64,000 bases of DNA from Gammaproteobacteria bacterium. Its GTDB lineage: Bacteria; Pseudomonadota; Gammaproteobacteria; Acidiferrobacterales; SZUA-150. A model generated the notes under the pieces. The model did not search any database. It worked only from the letters and a program-made list of their open reading frames with translations, and had not been told where the DNA came from. The number at the start of each line of letters is the position of its first letter. The first letter of the stretch is position 1. The translations under genes and the position numbers were made by a program. The DNA lies in the NCBI GenBank assembly GCA_029880545.1, contig JAOUOD010000002.1:113827-177826 (forward strand). Direction: 5' to 3'. This document shows, one piece after another, positions 10,300-19,130 of the stretch.

Positions 10300-11676
10300 A
10301 TGGGAAAAAAACAAATACTCATCGTTGACGACGAACCGGATATCCGGGAACTGCTCGAGCTGACCCTTGGCCGCATGGATCTCGAAACTCGTGCCGCCGC
10401 CAATCTCGAGGAAGCCAATTACCTGCTGAAGCAGTTCGATTTCGACCTGTGCCTGACTGATATGCGGTTACCGGATGGTAACGGTATCGAGCTGGTACGA
10501 GAGATCCAGAACAACCATCCCGATCTTCCCGTTGCGGTGATCACCGCCTACGGCAACATGGAAACCGCCGTGGCTGCGCTCAAGGCCGGTGCATTTGACT
10601 TTATCTCCAAGCCCGTCGACCTGAACGATTTGCGCAATATTGTCCGTACTGCGCTCAAGCTGTCCAAACCGGAAAAGGCTGACAATAAAGACAAGCGTGC
10701 TCCCGCCGACAGCGCCTCTAGAATGCTCGGCAAGTCTGCCACCATTGATGCCGTTCGCAAACTGATCGAAAAACTCGCCCGCGGCCAGGCGCCGGTTTAC
10801 ATTGGTGGCGAATCCGGCACCGGCAAGGAGCTGGCAGCTCGCCTGATACATGATCTTGGCCCACGCGCCGATCGCCCTTTTGTGCCGGTCAACTGCGGCG
10901 CCATTCCCGAGCAGCTCATGGAAAGCGAATTCTTTGGACACAAAAAGGGCAGTTTTACTGGCGCTTCCAGCGATAAGGAAGGGCTGTTCCAGGCGGCTGA
11001 TGGTGGCACCCTGTTCCTGGACGAAGTCGGCGACCTGCCCTTGCATATGCAGGTCAAGCTGCTGCGAGCTATCCAGGAAAAAACCATCCGGCCGGTTGGC
11101 ACTCAAAGCGAAACCCGGGTGGATGTACGCATCCTGAGCGCCACCCACAAGGATCTGCACGAACTGGTCCAGACCGGGAAATTCAGGCAAGACCTGTATT
11201 ACCGACTAAACGTCATTGAACTCACCATTCCAAGCCTGCGCGAGCGTCGTGAAGATATTGCCATTATCGCCGAAGCGGTTGCCGCCAGGCTGGCTGAGAC
11301 CCATGGCATCAAGATGCCTACCCTGGCAGCTGCCGCCATTGACGCACTCAGCCAATACGATTTCCCGGGCAACGTCCGCGAACTGGAAAATATCCTGGAG
11401 CGCGCCATCACCCTGTGTGAGGGTGGCGAGATTACCCGGGCTGACTTGCAATTACGCCAGTCAGGCAGTAGCAATGCGGTATTCGACCTGGCAGCGGCGG
11501 GTGAACCGGGACGGCTCGAATCGGAGACCCTGGATGACTACCTGGAGCGCATCGAAAGACAGAGCATCACCGATGCTTTGGAAAAATCCGGTCAAAACAA
11601 GACTGCGGCAGCAAAACTGCTGGGTATTACATTCCGGGCGCTGCGCTACAAGCTGGAAAAACTGGGGATTGATTGA
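10300..11676 (+). CDS. pilR: sigma-54-dependent response regulator PilR (NtrC family)
   Basis: It has a receiver domain (ILIVDDEPDIRE...LTDMRLPDGNG). The AAA+ sigma-54 activator domain carries GESGTGKE and the GAFTGA-type loop ESEFFGHKKGSFTGA. There is a C-terminal Fis-type HTH (AAAKLLGITFRALRYKLEKLGI). Confidence 0.9.
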   Translation: MGKKQILIVDDEPDIRELLELTLGRMDLETRAAANLEEANYLLKQFDFDLCLTDMRLPDGNGIELVREIQNNHPDLPVAVITAYGNMETAVAALKAGAFDFISKPVDLNDLRNIVRTALKLSKPEKADNKDKRAPADSASRMLGKSATIDAVRKLIEKLARGQAPVYIGGESGTGKELAARLIHDLGPRADRPFVPVNCGAIPEQLMESEFFGHKKGSFTGASSDKEGLFQAADGGTLFLDEVGDLPLHMQVKLLRAIQEKTIRPVGTQSETRVDVRILSATHKDLHELVQTGKFRQDLYYRLNVIELTIPSLRERREDIAIIAEAVAARLAETHGIKMPTLAAAAIDALSQYDFPGNVRELENILERAITLCEGGEITRADLQLRQSGSSNAVFDLAAAGEPGRLESETLDDYLERIERQSITDALEKSGQNKTAAAKLLGITFRALRYKLEKLGID

Positions 11677-11706
11677 CTCCCCTGTTCCGGCAGAAGGTAG
11701 CGGGCG

Positions 11707-11833
11707 AAAATTGTCACCTGTTTTTTACACATGACATAAATTGTCACTCGTTACGATTCAGTCGATTGGTACAGCCTTGACCCTGTGGATAACTTTTGGC
11801 AATAATTGACTAAAAATGTCAGGTATTGTCGAC
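11707..11833 (+). promoter_or_regulatory. candidate PilR upstream activating sites (TGTC repeats)
   Basis: The 10-bp direct repeat AAATTGTCAC occurs at 11708-11717 and 11738-11747, exactly 30 bp apart. Further TGTC cores are AAAATGTCAG (11813-11822) and TATTGTCGAC (11824-11833). The sites lie 50-180 bp upstream of the sigma-54 promoter. Confidence 0.4.
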
Positions 11834-11878
11834 ACACGGAAAATTCTTTTGGATAAACGGTAACTTAGGAACGACTAA

Positions 11879-11972
11879 AAAAGTTGGCACGGAAACTGCT
11901 TTATACCACCATTGAACAAGAGCCGTTATTCGGCTCTTTTCAGAAATCGGAAAAGTTGTCACGGAAAGTGTC
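11879..11972 (+). repeat. 22-bp direct repeat: sigma-54 promoter and a degenerate copy
   Basis: AAAAGTTGGCACGGAAACTGCT (11879-11900) compares with AAAAGTTGTCACGGAAAGTGTC (11951-11972) at 18/22 identity. The copy has GG changed to GT and GC changed to GT at the -24 and -12 positions. Confidence 0.7.
11885..11900 (+). promoter_or_regulatory. sigma-54 (RpoN) -24/-12 promoter
   Basis: TGGCACGGAAACTGCT matches TGGCACG-N4-TTGCW at the GG and GC dinucleotides with correct spacing. It is downstream of pilR and upstream of the pilin gene, but about 220 nt from the pilA ATG. Confidence 0.6.
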
Positions 11973-12119
11973 GGTTCCTTGAGAAGGCTCTCTTGATTCT
12001 CAAATTCCGCTGCAGACAACGGGAGCAGCATCACGAGGTAACCCCGGGTGGCGCAACCGGTATTTTCCAGGACACCTTTTCCGGAAACACAAATAGCTAG
12101 TACTTGGAGACTTAATACA

Positions 12120-12641
12120 ATGAAAAAACATCAGTCCGGTTTTACCCTTATCGAATTGATGATCGTAGTGGCCATCATCGGTATCCTGGCCGCCATCGCG
12201 ATCCCGGCTTATTCTGACTACATCGCCAAGACCCGTGTTTCTGACTGCCCGGGCTCTTCAGCTGCAATCAAGACCAACGTAGCCTTGGCAGCCCAGGACG
12301 GCACGCTTCAGCCTATTGGTGCCGGTGCATTAAATGGCCCCGCGCTGAACAATGACGTTGTCGGTATTCTTCAAAGCGGGTCATATGCCTCTACCAACCT
12401 TAGTGAAATCGTTGTAACCCTGGTTAACGACGGTGAGACTGATGATGGCGGCAACCCAATTCTGTCAACCCAGATTGATTGTTTCTTTAATGCCGGTATC
12501 CTGCCGACTTACTCTGCTGCAATTGTTCCATATCTGCGCCTTGTATCTCGCCAGAATTCCGGTCAGATTCGCTGGATTGTTTCCCATGTTGGCACCGTAG
12601 CGCCAAACGGCGTGGTTCAGAAACATCGTCCGAAGTCATAA
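12120..12641 (+). CDS. pilA: type IVa major pilin
   Basis: [31 protein letters not shown] shows a short leader, Gly-1, Phe+1 and Glu+5. GGAG lies 7-10 nt upstream of the ATG at 12120. The track ORF 12048 is an upstream extension. Confidence 0.92.
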   Translation: MKKHQSGFTLIELMIVVAIIGILAAIAIPAYSDYIAKTRVSDCPGSSAAIKTNVALAAQDGTLQPIGAGALNGPALNNDVVGILQSGSYASTNLSEIVVTLVNDGETDDGGNPILSTQIDCFFNAGILPTYSAAIVPYLRLVSRQNSGQIRWIVSHVGTVAPNGVVQKHRPKS

Positions 12642-12671
12642 TATTCGGATAGCTTCAAGCTACACAGTCAA

Positions 12672-12699
12672 AGCCCCCTTTACAGGGGGCTTTTTCTTT
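12672..12699 (+). terminator. rho-independent terminator after pilA
   Basis: AGCCCCCT-TTAC-AGGGGGCT followed by TTTTTCTTT. The stem is a perfect 8-bp GC-rich duplex. Confidence 0.8.
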
Positions 12700-12715
12700 G
12701 CTCTAGTTATTGCAA

Positions 12716-14638
12716 ATGATCAAGCACTCAAATTACATCGTCGTTACAATAATCGCGCTGATAACGACCATCAGTTACTGGCCAGGATTGAGCGGCCCCT
12801 TTATGTTTGACGACATGTCAAATATCGTTATCAACAAGAAAATCCACATTTCTGAATTGTCATGGGATGCGCTTGCAGATGCGATTCGGTCACTTGAAAG
12901 CGGTCCTCTCAAGCGCCCCATATCAACTGTAAGTTTCGCGCTAAATTACTATTTCTCGGAATTATCCCCTTTTGCGTACAAGGCCACCAATCTTGTCATC
13001 CATATATTGAACTCTTTTGGTTTATTCGTTCTCGCCAATCTGCTACTTCAGAATACCCATGACAAGACTGGTAACCTGCTGTCAATCCGCCTGGCTTATT
13101 GGACAGCAGCAGCAGCGGCTTTACTTTGGGCAATTCACCCACTGAACCTCAGCTCTGTACTATATATTGTTCAGCGGATGACCAGCCTTTCTGCCACGTT
13201 TCTGATTTTCGGGCTTATCGGATACTGCCTGGGAAGAATCAGACTGATAGCAGGAATTCGAAACGGTCTCATAATATCGGTTGCATCTCTCACCGGCTTT
13301 GGGATTCTATCCGCGCTAAGCAAAGAAAATGGCATACTGATATTTTTTTATGCAATGATAATCGAGGTATTCGTCTTTCGCTTTTCTGTAAACATTGGTC
13401 TCCGAAAGCATTACAAAACATCGATAATATCTTTCTACGTTGCCCCTATTATTGTTGGCATACTTTTATCTCCAATTTACGCCACCAGTGTACTGAAGCT
13501 CGATCATTACGATATGCGTCAGTTTGATATGGCTGAACGACTGATGACAGAAGCGCGGGTAATCTGGTTTTACCTCAAACTCATCGCAGCCCCGACGCCG
13601 TCAGCACTTGGCTTGTATCATGACTATTTTCCATTTTCGACGTCAATGACACAGCCGATGTCTACACTTTACTCGGTAGTTTCTTTGATACTACTTCCAG
13701 TCGTTGCAATTATTCTCAGAAATAGGGCGCCAATCATTTCTTTTGCGATATTCTGGTTTCTTGCCGGGCACAGTCTTGAGTCGAGCGTTGTGCCACTTGA
13801 GCTTGTCCACGAACACCGGAACTATGTCCCCATGTTTGGACCTGTTCTCGCTACGACTTATTATCTGCTATACCATGCCAGGAACCCGGAAAGCCTTAAA
13901 CTATGGTCTGGCCTATTCGTTTTAATAGTCTTGCTTTTTTCGGCTGGAACATTTGCACGAGCGTCTGTTTGGTCAAATGAATATCGAATGAAACTGACTC
14001 AGCTCTTGGACCACCCCAATTCGGCACGTGCCAACTCCGATATGGCTATACTGCTTCACAACAGCAGGCAGCTTGACAAAGCCGAAAACCTGTTCAAGAA
14101 AGCTGCCGAACTTGACTCTGATCCACCCCACCAGCTGATGCGCCTGATGCAACATCTCTATGTCTTTTACAAACCTGTACCCAGGGAGTATCTGGAGACA
14201 CTGGAATTTTGCGCCAGAAACACACCGTATTCACATGTCACAATCTGGCAGTACGAAGCCTTGATGGAACAATCGAGGACAATCCCTGAAGATAATGCCC
14301 GGATTGTCGAGGCATTCAGATTGATGATTTCGTCGAACAGAGTCAAGCTGTCCCGAGAATGGGTAGCAAAATCTTATAGCATTCTCGGCGAAAACTACTT
14401 ACATATGAAAAAAATCGACGAAGCTATCGAATCATTTGGCGGCGCAGTGGAAAATGATGCCAAACCAGCTTATTTGCTACAGCTGGCAAATGCTTACCAT
14501 CATGCCGACAGATTTCAGGAATCACTTGCGACATTAAAACAAATTGGTGGCAAGACTCGTCTTCCCGAGCATCTCGTCAATACATACGACAGACTTCACG
14601 ACGATTTGGAACATGACATGGACAGAAACCGGAAATGA
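12716..14638 (+). CDS. multi-pass membrane protein with C-terminal TPR domain; putative GT-C (PMT/TMTC-like) glycosyltransferase
   Basis: The first ~430 aa contain many hydrophobic helices. An early loop motif YWPGLSGPFMFDDMSNIVINKK resembles the acidic first-loop motif of GT-C enzymes and the TMTC family. The C-terminal ~200 aa are TPR-like (ANSDMAILLHNSRQLDKAENLFKKAAELD..., AKSYSILGENYLHMKKIDEAIESFGGAVEND...). Confidence 0.6.
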   Translation: MIKHSNYIVVTIIALITTISYWPGLSGPFMFDDMSNIVINKKIHISELSWDALADAIRSLESGPLKRPISTVSFALNYYFSELSPFAYKATNLVIHILNSFGLFVLANLLLQNTHDKTGNLLSIRLAYWTAAAAALLWAIHPLNLSSVLYIVQRMTSLSATFLIFGLIGYCLGRIRLIAGIRNGLIISVASLTGFGILSALSKENGILIFFYAMIIEVFVFRFSVNIGLRKHYKTSIISFYVAPIIVGILLSPIYATSVLKLDHYDMRQFDMAERLMTEARVIWFYLKLIAAPTPSALGLYHDYFPFSTSMTQPMSTLYSVVSLILLPVVAIILRNRAPIISFAIFWFLAGHSLESSVVPLELVHEHRNYVPMFGPVLATTYYLLYHARNPESLKLWSGLFVLIVLLFSAGTFARASVWSNEYRMKLTQLLDHPNSARANSDMAILLHNSRQLDKAENLFKKAAELDSDPPHQLMRLMQHLYVFYKPVPREYLETLEFCARNTPYSHVTIWQYEALMEQSRTIPEDNARIVEAFRLMISSNRVKLSREWVAKSYSILGENYLHMKKIDEAIESFGGAVENDAKPAYLLQLANAYHHADRFQESLATLKQIGGKTRLPEHLVNTYDRLHDDLEHDMDRNRK

Positions 14639-15492
14639 GTGAAAAACTATCAATAGTCCTCCCGTCAAAGAATGAAGGCAAAAGCCTTGAACTGCTTCTT
14701 CCCAAGCTTAAGTCCTGTTACAGCAGCGCAGAGATTATTGTTATTGATGATGGCTCCGATGACAATACCGGGGTCTTGTGTGCAGACCATGCAGTGACGC
14801 ATGTTCGGCATACCTACTCCAAAGGCAACGGTGCAGCAATCAAGTCCGGCGCCCGTGCCGCAACCGGGGACATTATTGTTTTCATGGATGCCGATGGTCA
14901 GCATAATCCGGAAGATATCCCAAAACTCCTGGAACCATTCAAAAACGGCGCGGATATGGTCATCGGCGCGCGCAAAGCCTCCGGGCAGGCCAGTGTTGCA
15001 AGATTGTTCGCCAATAGCCTGTATAACAGGCTTGCCAGCCTGCTGGTTGGACACAGAATTGAAGACCTGACATCGGGTTTTCGTGCCGTCAGACGCGAGC
15101 TTTTCCTGGAATTTCTTCACCTGCTGCCGAATGGTTTTTCATACCCAACCACCATTACCATGTGCTTTTTCCGTGCCGGTTATACCGTGTTATACACGCC
15201 AATCGAGACAGCAAAACGAATCGGCAGAAGCCATATCAACCTGCTTCGAGATGGCGCGCGCTTCCTGATTATCATCTTCAAGATCGCCACCCTGTATTCG
15301 CCGTTAAAGCTGTTTCTGCCGATCAGCCTGGTCCATTTTACGGTCGCATCTGGCTACTATTTCTACACTTATACAATGTTTGGCCGCTTCACCAATATGA
15401 GCGCGTTATTGTTTGTCGCCTCGATTCTGATTTTTCTGATCGGACTGGTATCGGAACAAATCACGGCGCTACTCTACAAAAACAGGGACTAA
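14635..15492 (+). CDS. family 2 glycosyltransferase, polyprenyl-phosphate sugar synthase type (GtrB/Dpm1/ArnC-like)
   Basis: LSIVLPSKNEG...IIVIDDGSDDNT...GNGAAIKSG...FMDADGQH is the GT2 signature. Two C-terminal TM helices are present. The start overlaps the upstream stop (ATGA at 14635-14638). Confidence 0.85.
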   Translation: MSEKLSIVLPSKNEGKSLELLLPKLKSCYSSAEIIVIDDGSDDNTGVLCADHAVTHVRHTYSKGNGAAIKSGARAATGDIIVFMDADGQHNPEDIPKLLEPFKNGADMVIGARKASGQASVARLFANSLYNRLASLLVGHRIEDLTSGFRAVRRELFLEFLHLLPNGFSYPTTITMCFFRAGYTVLYTPIETAKRIGRSHINLLRDGARFLIIIFKIATLYSPLKLFLPISLVHFTVASGYYFYTYTMFGRFTNMSALLFVASILIFLIGLVSEQITALLYKNRD

Positions 15493-15528
15493 CTCCAACC
15501 TTTCGCAGACTCAAACAATCGCACCGAC

Positions 15529-16380
15529 ATGGAATCACAAACAAGCAAACTGGCCTGCACCGGCGAACGGGTTATTGAGGATGACTACAAATCCAGTGCG
15601 TCGCGATACCTGATCTACCTGTTTCATATCGCCACCTATAATTTCTGCACACCTTACATCAGGAACAAAAGAGTTCTTGAATTCGGATCCGGATCTGGTT
15701 ACGGAACATTTCTGATTGCTCCCGAATGTCGGCACATCATTGGCATTGATATTTCCGTTGATGCGATTAACTATGCAAAATCCCGGTACCAGCGAGATAA
15801 CCTCGAATACCGGAACATAGATGACATCAACACCACGGATTTGCCATTTACCGATAACGAATTCGATACGGTTATTTCATTCCAGGTGGTTGAGCATATT
15901 CGCAACTCAGATCGCTTTCTTTCCGAAATTCAGCGCGTTCTGAAACCTGGCGGCACATTGGTTATTGCCACACCTGATCGCAGCACCCGACTGTACCCGG
16001 GACAGAAGCCCTGGAACATATTTCATATCACCGAATACGATCCAGCAACATTTCTGCGAATGATGTCCCGGAGCTTCCCGGAAACAACCCTTTATGGCAT
16101 GACCGCACGCGGCAGTGTTGTCGATATCGAAACCCGTCGAACCGAAAAACTCAGGAAGGCAGCGTACCCGTTCACCTTTCCGTTTTGCCCCGAGTGGTAC
16201 AGGCAAATGAGCCTGGGACTGCTCAAGAAAATTCAGAGCTTTCTGCCCAGGGCCGGCCATGCTGAAACCGATAGTGAGACCAGGTTTGGTTTCAGCCTGG
16301 ACGATATCGTTATCGACAAAGATGCGGCGCCAAGCGTGAATATCGTCTCCGTATCCATCAACCCGCCATCGAAAACGTGA
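15529..16380 (+). CDS. class I SAM-dependent methyltransferase
   Basis: Motif I is VLEFGSGSGYG. Post-I and II elements are GIDIS...FDTVISFQVVEHI and LKPGGTLVIATPD. Confidence 0.8.
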   Translation: MESQTSKLACTGERVIEDDYKSSASRYLIYLFHIATYNFCTPYIRNKRVLEFGSGSGYGTFLIAPECRHIIGIDISVDAINYAKSRYQRDNLEYRNIDDINTTDLPFTDNEFDTVISFQVVEHIRNSDRFLSEIQRVLKPGGTLVIATPDRSTRLYPGQKPWNIFHITEYDPATFLRMMSRSFPETTLYGMTARGSVVDIETRRTEKLRKAAYPFTFPFCPEWYRQMSLGLLKKIQSFLPRAGHAETDSETRFGFSLDDIVIDKDAAPSVNIVSVSINPPSKT

Positions 16381-17168
16381 ACATGACACCGCAGAACTGT
16401 CGTTCTTTGCTGGAATCACTCGCTGCACCGGCACCTCGATATCTGATGAGAATCGCTTTGCTTGACCAGATGATCGATATGATTCCCGGCACCCCGGAAT
16501 CGTTTCTTGAAATTGGGCCCGGAATGGGCGATGTCAGCCTTTATCTGACCAATCGCTACACTGATATACAGGCAACCATCACCGATATATCGGAGACGAG
16601 CATTGAAACCCTTCGCTCACGATTCGGAGATAATCCGCGGGCCACGTTGGCTGTCTCCGATTTCAACAATATAACGGGATCTGCCCGTTTTGATCTCATC
16701 ATTGCCTGCGAGGTATTTGAACATCTCGACGATGACAACGCTGCTTTTCAGTCGGTATTTCGGTTACTCAAACCCGGTGGACATTTCATCTTTTCCGTTC
16801 CGGCCTTTATGAAAAAATGGGGGCCAGCAGACAAGTATGCTGGGCATGTCAGGCGATATGAACAGCAAGAACTTCGACAACAGTTTCAGGATAATGGTTT
16901 TGATATCCGTGAATTCTGGTCCTACGGCTTTCCAGTAACCAATTTTTTAAGTCCTGTCAGCAAACTGTACTACTACGTGCAGCAACGGCGCACGCCACTG
17001 GCCGGGAAGGATGCCACCCAGCGCAGCGGAACCGAAAGAAGTGCGGCCAAAAAGGTGCGGAAGCTGCCGTATGTTTTACTGATGAAACCGTTTTTCCTGG
17101 TTCAGGATCTGACCAGAAAATTCAATATTGGAGACGGCTATATTGTCCTGGCAAGGAAATCGTCATGA
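16377..17168 (+). CDS. class I SAM-dependent methyltransferase
   Basis: Motifs are FLEIGPGMGDVS, FDLIIACEVFEHLDD and LKPGGHFIFSVP. It has a 4-nt overlap with the upstream gene. Confidence 0.8.
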   Translation: MNMTPQNCRSLLESLAAPAPRYLMRIALLDQMIDMIPGTPESFLEIGPGMGDVSLYLTNRYTDIQATITDISETSIETLRSRFGDNPRATLAVSDFNNITGSARFDLIIACEVFEHLDDDNAAFQSVFRLLKPGGHFIFSVPAFMKKWGPADKYAGHVRRYEQQELRQQFQDNGFDIREFWSYGFPVTNFLSPVSKLYYYVQQRRTPLAGKDATQRSGTERSAAKKVRKLPYVLLMKPFFLVQDLTRKFNIGDGYIVLARKSS

Positions 17169-18331
17169 GCCAGAACAAACGCAAGCTGACCATCCTCGGT
17201 GTTCATCTCTACTCTTCAGCGTACCCCAATACCCGCTTTTCTGTTGATCTGCTCAGGAATTCCGGGCGCCTTGAAACCCGGGAAATTGTTTTGCCGATGT
17301 ATTCAGCAGCACCATTCAGTGGGCAGAAACCAGGACTGTGTCCCAAATCTATCAAGTTCCTGCGGCTTGCTGTTCGTGCCGTTATTGCCCATTCATACGT
17401 AATATTGCGCTATTGCGTGACGAAAAAACCGGATATCTGCTACATCACTTACCCGGGCACAGGATTATTAATACTCATGTCCCTGCTGCCCCGCTTTATG
17501 CGGCCAAGAATGCTCATTGCTGACGGTTTTATCTCGATATATGACACGGCTGTCTGTGACCGAAAATTGCTTATGGCAGGTGGATTACCGGCCCGGTTAC
17601 TGTTTCTGCTCGAAAAGCACGCCTTCGGAACAGCAACCCGCATCACTGTCGATACCGAGGAAAACCGGCAGTACTACACCGGACTTTTCCGGATTGATGT
17701 GGATCGTTTCAGAGCCATTCCACTGGCCACCGATGAAACCAGTTTCGTTTACAACCGGTACAGTCCCGGCAACAGGAAATGCAAAGTACTGTTCATTGGC
17801 ACATTCGTCCCACTACAGGGAACGGATGTCATTGCAAAGGCTATAGCCTTGCTTGGCAGACGACCAGATATAGAGTTTGTGGTTATTGGTACCGGCCAGG
17901 CAGTAGACACTTTCCAGCAAATCATCCGCGAAAACGAGAACAACCGGGTTACCTGGATCAGTGAATGGCAGGACTCGGACTCGCTGGCAACGCACATACA
18001 ATCGGCGGACATTTGTCTTGGCATATTCGCCGACTCACCGAAAACCCGGCGTGTCTGGCCACTCAAAAATTACGCCTATATGGCATGTGGCCGCGCCATC
18101 ATTACGGCCGACACTGAATGCGCAAGACGCATGTTCGATGGAGAAACTGACAAACCTGTTATTACCGTTCCGGCAGGAGATGCTCAGGCCCTCGCCGGGA
18201 AGATTGAACATCTTGCAGATTCGCCGGAGTTGCGCACGCAGCTTTCCGAAAGGGCGAGAAACTACTATGATACAAACCTCTCGAACCAGATCCTTCGAGA
18301 CAAATTGATAAACGAGTTAATGCTTTCATGA
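17165..18331 (+). CDS. GT-B fold glycosyltransferase (GT4/GT1-like)
   Basis: The C-terminal half reads VLFIGTFVPLQGTDVIAKAIALL...FVVIGTGQ...ADICLGIF...PLKNYAYMACGRAIITAD, typical of the retaining GT4 nucleotide-sugar binding domain. It has 4-nt overlaps on both sides. Confidence 0.72.
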   Translation: MSQNKRKLTILGVHLYSSAYPNTRFSVDLLRNSGRLETREIVLPMYSAAPFSGQKPGLCPKSIKFLRLAVRAVIAHSYVILRYCVTKKPDICYITYPGTGLLILMSLLPRFMRPRMLIADGFISIYDTAVCDRKLLMAGGLPARLLFLLEKHAFGTATRITVDTEENRQYYTGLFRIDVDRFRAIPLATDETSFVYNRYSPGNRKCKVLFIGTFVPLQGTDVIAKAIALLGRRPDIEFVVIGTGQAVDTFQQIIRENENNRVTWISEWQDSDSLATHIQSADICLGIFADSPKTRRVWPLKNYAYMACGRAIITADTECARRMFDGETDKPVITVPAGDAQALAGKIEHLADSPELRTQLSERARNYYDTNLSNQILRDKLINELMLS

Positions 18332-19065
18332 CACGGCAAGACCTCATGAATCCCGCACCCGAATACCGGACAAATACGATGCCCAGGGAACAACTGGATA
18401 AATGGTACGATGAAGACTATTTCAACAACTATCCGAAACACGATAGGCGCATAACTCAAATAATACGCAATATCAAGCTGTCTGAAACAGATAATATATG
18501 CGAGTTTGGCTGTGGTCCCGGTCACATCCTGATTGCGATGGCAGGAAAGATCCATCATGGAACGGGTATTGATGTATCAGAATATGCCGTTTCGCTGGCA
18601 CAAAAATCTGCACGCCAGGCTGATATTCACAACCTCGATTTCCGTTCAGAAGACATTGAACATCTTGCTGATAACACCGGGTTAGCCGGGAAGTTTGACA
18701 AGGTGCTGATGATGGACATTTCAGAACATCTTTACGACGATACACTGATCAGGTTCTTTCGATCAGCCAAGACAATTCTCAAACCCGGTGGTCAACTGAT
18801 CATTCACACCCCCAATGCCGGTTACTGTCTTGAGCGCATGAAGGCAAGGAATTTCGTGCTTAAGCAATTTGAGTCCCATATTGCAGTCAGAAACTACTCC
18901 CAGCACCTGCCGCTGCTCGAAGCAGCCGGGTTCAGGGCAATACAGGTAACATATCTCCCGCACTATAATCGAATAATCGGTCTTGCAGACCGGCTGCTCA
19001 TGGGGCTGCCATTCATTGGTCGTCTGTTTCGGGCCAGGATGCTGATTGTTGCCCGCTCAGATTGA
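18328..19065 (+). CDS. class I SAM-dependent methyltransferase
   Basis: Motifs are ICEFGCGPGHILIAMA, FDKVLMMDISEHL and LKPGGQLIIHTPN. Confidence 0.8.
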   Translation: MTRQDLMNPAPEYRTNTMPREQLDKWYDEDYFNNYPKHDRRITQIIRNIKLSETDNICEFGCGPGHILIAMAGKIHHGTGIDVSEYAVSLAQKSARQADIHNLDFRSEDIEHLADNTGLAGKFDKVLMMDISEHLYDDTLIRFFRSAKTILKPGGQLIIHTPNAGYCLERMKARNFVLKQFESHIAVRNYSQHLPLLEAAGFRAIQVTYLPHYNRIIGLADRLLMGLPFIGRLFRARMLIVARSD

Positions 19066-19130
19066 CAGCGATCCGCAGCTGGCTAAAGCGATACTTGTTG
19101 ATACACGAGCCCGGTCTTGTCCGGAATAAT

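Noticed and set aside
12053-12069. TGGCGCAACCGGTATTT as a sigma-54 promoter close to pilA.
   Set aside because: A -24-like TGGCGC is present, but there is no GC dinucleotide at the -12 position with correct spacing.
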